Translations under genes and position numbers: made by a program
NCBI GenBank assembly: GCA_040397175.1
Contig: JBBAWM010000002.1
Span: 64,001 to 128,000 of the forward strand
DNA length: 64,000 bases
Source of the DNA: Candidatus Limnocylindrus sp.
Lineage (GTDB): Bacteria > Chloroflexota > Limnocylindria > Limnocylindrales > Limnocylindraceae
Reading direction: 5' to 3'
Part shown: positions 58,507 through 64,000 of the stretch, in pieces
How positions within the stretch are numbered: position 1 is the stretch's first letter
Layout: each line of letters starts with the position of its first letter
Notes under the pieces: generated by a model
Databases searched by the model: none
What the model saw: only the letters and a program-made list of their open reading frames with translations
Told to the model about the DNA's origin: nothing

Positions 58507-60369
58507 CTACTGGGACTCCCGCATTTCGGCGCGGCGGCCCGCATCACGGCGACGGTCATTCTCGTTCAGCAGGCGCTTGCGCAAACGCAGCGACGAGGGG
58601 GTTACCTCGATTAGCTCGTCGGGTCCGATGAACTCGAGGGCGTTCTCCAGCGCCATGCGGCGCGGCGGGGTCAGGCGAATCGCCTCATCATGCGAGTGGG
58701 TACGCATATTAGTGAGCTTCTTTTCACGAACGGCGTTCACATCCATGTCGCCAGGCTTCGCACTCTCACCAATGATCTGCCCTTCGTACGTCTGCTCGCC
58801 CTCATTAACAAAGAGTTCGCCGCGCTCCTGAATGCCGTAGAGCGCATACCCAGTGGTCATGCCCGTTCGGTCAGAGATAAGGCAGCCATTTGTTCGATGT
58901 GGGATCTCGCCGACCCAGGGCTTGTAGCCCGCGGAGAGCTGATGGATCAGGGCGGTGCCGCGCGTCTCGGTGAGGATTCGCCCACGCACGCCGATCAGGC
59001 CACGTGTTGGGATGAGGAAGTCAACGCGAGCACGACCATCGGCGCCGTGCTGGATGTTCTCCATGCGCGCACGACGTTCGGCCATGATGCCGGTGATCAC
59101 GCCAACGAAATCGACTGGCACATCGATCGTGAGCTGCTCGAATGGCTCCTCGATGCCGTTTGCCGTTCGGTGAATCAGCACCTCTGGTCGTGAAACCTCG
59201 AGCTCAAATCCTTCGCGGCGCATCTGCTCTACCAGAATCGCGAGCTGCAACTCACCGCGGCCACGCACTTGGAAGGCTTCGCCTGAATCGGTAGGACTGA
59301 CCTCAATCGCAGGATTGCCGAGCACCTCTTTTTCGAGTCGGGCCTTCAACTGTCGTGAGGTGAGGAACTTTCCGTCCTTGCCGCCAATTGGACTCGTATT
59401 GACGCCGAAGGTCATCTGCAGGGTTGGCGGATCAACATGGAGTCGCTCCAGTGGGCGCGGGTCAGCTTGATCGGTGATCGTCTCGCCGATCTCAACATCG
59501 GCGAGTCCGGCAATGCCAACGATCTCACCAGGGCCGGCCTCAGGAACTTCGACACGCTCGATCCCTTGCGGCAGGGTGAGGCTGGTAACGGTTCCCGTTA
59601 CCGCGCTCCCTTCGCGAATGATGGTGATCTTGGCCCCCTTGCGAACGACACCGTTGCGGATGCGACCGACGGCGATGCGCCCAACGAAGTCGTTGGCGGC
59701 AAGGTTCGTAATCAGCACCTGCAGCGGGTGCCCTGGCTCGTGCATCGGTGCAGGCGCCGTTACGAGTACGCAATCAAGGAGTGGGATCAGGTCTGTGCCA
59801 GGCTGCTCTAGGTCTCGCGTGGCGGTGCCGGCACGGGCATTCGTATAGACGATTGGGAAGTCGATCTGCTGCTCGTTCGCCCCGAGGTCTAGGAAGAGCT
59901 CGTAGACCTCATCGATGACCTCCTTGATGCGCGCATCCGGTCGGTCGATCTTGTTGATGACGAGGATGACGGGGAGCGACCGCGCGAGCGCCTTTGAGAG
60001 CACGTAGCGCGTCTGTGGGAGTGGCCCCTCGGAGGCGTCCACCAGGAGGAGGACGGCGTCGACGGCGAGAAGGCTTCGCTCCACCTCGCCCCCGAAGTCG
60101 GCGTGCCCTGGGGTGTCGACGATGACCACGCGGACCCCCTTGAAGTCGATGGCGGTCTCCTTGGCGAGGATCGTGATCCCCTTCTCGCGCTCAAGGTCAC
60201 CGCTATCCATGACGCGCTCGACGAGCTCTTCGTTCGCGCGGAATGCGCCGTTCTGGCGAAGGAGGCTGTCGACCAGCGTGGTCTTGCCGTGGTCAACGTG
60301 CGCGACGATACCAACCGTGCGAATGCCGGTTTGCGCGACGAGACCTGCTGGTGGATTGACTGAGGTCAT
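58507..60369 (-). CDS. typA: Translational GTPase TypA/BipA
   Basis: AHVDHGKTT, EREKGITILAK, DTPGHADFGGEVER, GRGELQL, KKLTNMR; ATG 60369. Confidence 0.97.
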   Translation of the reverse strand: MTSVNPPAGLVAQTGIRTVGIVAHVDHGKTTLVDSLLRQNGAFRANEELVERVMDSGDLEREKGITILAKETAIDFKGVRVVIVDTPGHADFGGEVERSLLAVDAVLLLVDASEGPLPQTRYVLSKALARSLPVILVINKIDRPDARIKEVIDEVYELFLDLGANEQQIDFPIVYTNARAGTATRDLEQPGTDLIPLLDCVLVTAPAPMHEPGHPLQVLITNLAANDFVGRIAVGRIRNGVVRKGAKITIIREGSAVTGTVTSLTLPQGIERVEVPEAGPGEIVGIAGLADVEIGETITDQADPRPLERLHVDPPTLQMTFGVNTSPIGGKDGKFLTSRQLKARLEKEVLGNPAIEVSPTDSGEAFQVRGRGELQLAILVEQMRREGFELEVSRPEVLIHRTANGIEEPFEQLTIDVPVDFVGVITGIMAERRARMENIQHGADGRARVDFLIPTRGLIGVRGRILTETRGTALIHQLSAGYKPWVGEIPHRTNGCLISDRTGMTTGYALYGIQERGELFVNEGEQTYEGQIIGESAKPGDMDVNAVREKKLTNMRTHSHDEAIRLTPPRRMALENALEFIGPDELIEVTPSSLRLRKRLLNENDRRRDAGRRAEMRESQ

Positions 60370-60412
60370 CGGGAGATTCTCGCACGCTTCGCCGACCCGT
60401 ATACTCCTGGGC

Positions 60413-60943
60413 ATGACCGTCGCTGCGCACATCATCGTTTCAGGTGCTCCGGCAGCCCCTGGGGCCGTCCGTCCAGAGCTCGTGCGACTAGTCGAGGCCG
60501 CCTGGTCCGGCGGCGCACATCCGATCCTTATTTCGGGCCTGACCACGGGCGAAGTCGCCCCTACCTTAAGCCGCGCCACCCTCTCGGGCGAGCACGCCGC
60601 CGTCGCAGCTGATGCGTTCGGTGAGGTTGCAGGCACAACGGCGGTCATCACCCTCCCCCTGAGCCACGCTGGTGTGGATCCGGAGACGGTTACGGCGCTT
60701 ATTGCGGCACATGGCCGACAGGGCGAGCAGGTGCTCGTCGCTGCCCGAAACGGCGAAGTGGGGCCGGTGCGCCTCACACCGATCGAGAGCAACGGCGCGA
60801 GCGAAATCCACCTGGAATGCGGTGATGAGGGCGCTGTTCGTCCGTCCGATGGTCGTGATCCGCTCGCCTACGAAGCACCACCTGCCGACACCAACGCCAT
60901 TGACCCGTGGGAGCAGCGTGGCTCCCCGGCTGAGGAGCGCTAG
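60413..60943 (+). CDS. Hypothetical protein, weak resemblance to a reduced MobA/MocA-type nucleotidyltransferase fold
   Basis: TATACT-7 nt-ATG start; LPLSHAGVDPETVTALIAAH and ECGDEG segments. Confidence 0.5.
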   Translation: MTVAAHIIVSGAPAAPGAVRPELVRLVEAAWSGGAHPILISGLTTGEVAPTLSRATLSGEHAAVAADAFGEVAGTTAVITLPLSHAGVDPETVTALIAAHGRQGEQVLVAARNGEVGPVRLTPIESNGASEIHLECGDEGAVRPSDGRDPLAYEAPPADTNAIDPWEQRGSPAEER

Positions 60944-62796
60944 CTCTTAACTGGGCGCACCGATAGGCCCAACTCGGCCCACTGCTTCGCATCCGGCTCC
61001 GATGGAGCCTCAAGCATCAGGTCGCTCCCCGACTGCGTCTTCGGGAAGGCCATCACTTCGCGAATATTAATCTGGCCGGCGAGAAGCGCCGCCCAGCGCT
61101 CAACCCCGATGGCGATGCCGCCGTGTGGCGGTGCGCCGTATTCGAACGCATCGAGCAGTGCGCCGAATTTTGCACGTGCATCTTCCAGTGAGTGGCCCAT
61201 GAGTGCAAACGAGCGCTCGAGGAGCGCGCGATCATGGATGCGAATCGAGCCACCGCCAAGTTCCCAACCGTTCAGCACAATGTCGTACTGCTGCGCGAGC
61301 GCACCCGAAGCGGGATCGCCTTCGCTGCGCTTCGCAAGATCACCTGACGTCGTGGCGAGCAGGTTGAGATGCTCGGGAACGGGCGCAGAGAACGGATTGT
61401 GCGTTGCGTCCCATCGCCCCGACTCAGCCTCCCACTGATACATCGGGAAGCGGTGCACCCAGCAGAAGGCAAGCACATCGGGATCAGCGAGCCCCAGCTC
61501 AAGCGCAACCTCGACGCGCAAACGACCGAGAACTTCGGCCGAAAGGATGCGCGGCCCAGCAACGATCAAGAGCAGATCGCCATCGGCGTGCGTTGCTGTA
61601 CCACCCGTTGCCGACCAGAGCACGGCGGTTGCCTCTGGAGAGAGGAACTTTGCGATCGGCGAACGAACTTCGCCGTCTGGCTGCAGCGCGATCCACACGA
61701 GGCCGTTAGCGCCATAGCGCTTGGCGCGTTCCGTCAGGTCGTCGACGTCGGAACGAGTAATCCCGCCACGACCGGCAACGCGGATCGCACGAATTCGCCC
61801 ACCACTGGCTCGTGTCTCATCGAATACCTTGAACCCGGTGCTCTCAGGGAGCGCCGCGCCAAGATCAATTAACTCCATCGCAAAGCGAATGTCAGGCTTG
61901 TCTGAGCCGTAGCGCTCCATCGCCTCCTCATACGTGAATGTTGGGAGTGGCAGCTGCTGAATCGGGCGATCAGGTCGGATGCGCTTCGTGACCTCGATCA
62001 CCATCGCTTCGACATAGGAGCGCACACTCGTCTCGTCTACAAAGCTCATCTCGATGTCGAGCTGGGTGAACTCTGGCTGACGATCGCCGCGAAGATCCTC
62101 GTCGCGGAAACAGCGGGCGATCTGGAAGTAGCGGTCAAAGCCAGCGACCATCAGGAGCTGTTTCATCTGCTGCGGTGATTGCGGCAACGCGTAAACGCTC
62201 CCCTGCTGCAGCCGCGATGGCACGATGAAGTCGCGGGCGCCTTCGGGGGTTGACTTGATCAGGATTGGAGTTTCCACCTCGACAAAGCCATGTTCGTGGT
62301 GCACTTCGCGAATCGCCTGCACCATGGCGCTGCGGAGGAGAATCCGATCGCGCAGAGGCTCGCGACGCAGGTCAAGGTAGCGGTACTTCAGGCGCAGGCT
62401 CTCGTCGACCGGGGCCTCGGTGTCGTTGATGTAAAAGGGTGGCGTTTTCGCCTGCGAGAGTACGGTGACGCTCTCGCCCGCAACCTCGATCGCGCCTGTG
62501 GCGAGCTTCTCGTTCTCAGTGCCGGCACGTCGTGCTGCAACGGCCCCATCGACGGCGATCACCCACTCGCTCCGAGCGTCGGTAAGGGCGGCGTGCGCCT
62601 CAGGGGCGACAGCGGCGTCAACAACCACCTGCACGATGCCGTAGCGATCACGAAGGTCAATGAAGACAAGGCTTCCGTGGTCGCGACGACGGTGGATCCA
62701 ACCGGCGAGTCGTACGCGCCGGCCGACGTCACTAGGGCGCAGCGCGCCACAAACGTCGCTTCGGAGGCCCGTGGTGAGTTTTGCCGCGTCGGTCAT
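60940..62796 (-). CDS. aspS: Aspartate--tRNA ligase (likely non-discriminating)
   Basis: RRDHGSLVFIDLRD, RLKYRYLDLRR, LPQSPQ, RDEDLRGDRQPEFTQ, PPHGG. Confidence 0.98.
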   Translation of the reverse strand: MTDAAKLTTGLRSDVCGALRPSDVGRRVRLAGWIHRRRDHGSLVFIDLRDRYGIVQVVVDAAVAPEAHAALTDARSEWVIAVDGAVAARRAGTENEKLATGAIEVAGESVTVLSQAKTPPFYINDTEAPVDESLRLKYRYLDLRREPLRDRILLRSAMVQAIREVHHEHGFVEVETPILIKSTPEGARDFIVPSRLQQGSVYALPQSPQQMKQLLMVAGFDRYFQIARCFRDEDLRGDRQPEFTQLDIEMSFVDETSVRSYVEAMVIEVTKRIRPDRPIQQLPLPTFTYEEAMERYGSDKPDIRFAMELIDLGAALPESTGFKVFDETRASGGRIRAIRVAGRGGITRSDVDDLTERAKRYGANGLVWIALQPDGEVRSPIAKFLSPEATAVLWSATGGTATHADGDLLLIVAGPRILSAEVLGRLRVEVALELGLADPDVLAFCWVHRFPMYQWEAESGRWDATHNPFSAPVPEHLNLLATTSGDLAKRSEGDPASGALAQQYDIVLNGWELGGGSIRIHDRALLERSFALMGHSLEDARAKFGALLDAFEYGAPPHGGIAIGVERWAALLAGQINIREVMAFPKTQSGSDLMLEAPSEPDAKQWAELGLSVRPVKS

Positions 62797-62797
62797 G

Positions 62798-64000
62798 CTA
62801 CCCCTCGTTCCGCACTAGGCGAAGTGCTGCGGCGACCACGCCGCCACGCTCCGCTGGCTCCGCCTGACTCGCCTTGACGAGATCCCGCAAGGTAAGGAGC
62901 CCGTCTGGCTCCACGATGATGACGGCGATCGCGCCATCGCGCACGGCAGCCTCGAGCTGCTTCCCTTTCTTCCGCGTGCTGACGTCTGCTCGGGCGCTCA
63001 CCCCCGCAGCGCGGAGTTCGGCGGCGATCGCCACGCGATCCGCGACAGAGTCAGCATCAATGCCAGCGACAACGATGGCTGGGCCAGCTGCGGTTGCGGG
63101 CAGGAGTCCACGCGCCTCAAGGGCGAGCACCACCCGGTCAATTCCGATCGCAAAGCCGATCGCAGGAGTTGGTGTGCCCCCGAGTAGTTCAACGAGTCCG
63201 TCAAAGCGACCGCCACCACCCAGTGCCCCCTGCTGGCCTTGCTCTCCAGGAAGGAGGTACTCCCACGCGGTGCGGGTGTAGTAGTCGAGCCCACGGACAA
63301 GGCGCGGGGCCGGAAGCACGGTGGTACCAATCGTCGCGAGTCCAGTGATGACCGCCGCGTGATGCGCCGCACAGTCGGCGCAGAGGTGATCAGTAATGAT
63401 CGGTGCGCTCGCGGCACGCTTCACCGACGCGGGCTCTTTCGAATCGAGAAGGCGCAGCGGATTGGTGGCAAGTCGTGACTGATCAACCTCACTGAGCTCC
63501 TGCGACACTTGCGCGAAGTGGGCGCTCAGCGTTGCAAGGTAGGCGGGACGGCAGGTCGCACAGCCAACAGAGTTCAGATGTACCTGCACGTCGGTGAGGC
63601 CCAATTCGCGCAGATAGGCGGCGCCGAGCTCGATCACCTCAAGATCGATTCCCGGCCCAGCCTCGCCGATCGCCTCAATGTCGAATTGGGTGAACTGGCG
63701 AAAGCGCCCCTTCTGCGGGCGGTCGTAACGGAAGAGCTGCGCCACCGTCGCGAGCCGAACAGGTTGCGGCGCCGAGCGCATGCCGTGTTGGATGTAGGCC
63801 CGCACGGCACCGGCCGTTGCCTCGGGCCGCAGCGCCAAGGTGACCGCATCGTCACCCCGAGGCTCTAGCCGATAGAGCTCCTTCGCAACGATGTCTGAGG
63901 TGCCGCCAACGGCGCGTTCAAAGAGTGCACTCTCCTCGGCGATCGGTAGTTCGATACGGGCGTACCCAGCGGCGGCTGCAGCAGCCCACGCGCGATCGGT
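62798..64000 (-). CDS. hisS: Histidine--tRNA ligase; partial, start lies beyond the right edge
   Basis: SDIVAKELY, LRPEATA, FRYDRPQKGRFRQF, LVRGLDYY, GGGRFD. Confidence 0.97.
   Translation of the reverse strand, partial: TDRAWAAAAAAGYARIELPIAEESALFERAVGGTSDIVAKELYRLEPRGDDAVTLALRPEATAGAVRAYIQHGMRSAPQPVRLATVAQLFRYDRPQKGRFRQFTQFDIEAIGEAGPGIDLEVIELGAAYLRELGLTDVQVHLNSVGCATCRPAYLATLSAHFAQVSQELSEVDQSRLATNPLRLLDSKEPASVKRAASAPIITDHLCADCAAHHAAVITGLATIGTTVLPAPRLVRGLDYYTRTAWEYLLPGEQGQQGALGGGGRFDGLVELLGGTPTPAIGFAIGIDRVVLALEARGLLPATAAGPAIVVAGIDADSVADRVAIAAELRAAGVSARADVSTRKKGKQLEAAVRDGAIAVIIVEPDGLLTLRDLVKASQAEPAERGGVVAAALRLVRNEG

Noticed and set aside
1-64000. CRISPR arrays, IS elements, prophage, rRNA, defence systems
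   Set aside because: No spaced repeats, transposase, phage or rRNA signatures seen by eye

Overview
High-GC (visually about 65%), very gene-dense bacterial chromosome segment. It is mostly minus-strand housekeeping operons: translation (six aminoacyl-tRNA synthetases, infC-rpmI-rplT, efp, typA, der, hflX, miaA, tgt, mnmA), recombination and segregation (recA, recX, ruvABC, mutS2, recN, xseAB, xerD, scpAB), peptidoglycan (class A PBP, MltG) and the MEP pathway (dxs, ispH), plus three tRNAs. Gene content suggests a streamlined freshwater Chloroflexota such as Ca. Limnocylindria; this is an inference. I saw no CRISPR, IS or prophage. The standout locus is at 31.1-34.7 kb: a xanthorhodopsin-like DTE proton pump that keeps the antenna-window glycine. 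It is transcribed divergently, across an AT-rich palindromic control region, from an operon encoding an apparent three-part C50-carotenoid cyclase/cyclase/elongase fusion. Other signals missed by the ORF track: a leaderless Pro-Pro uORF directly upstream of efp, a dif-like site at 267-294, a NamH-like gene at the left edge, pervasive leaderless promoters, probable CTG starts for tgt and xseA, a TGT with queuine-type pocket residues, and an NrdR box upstream of nrdR-dcd. All family assignments come from motifs recognised by eye; no searches were run.
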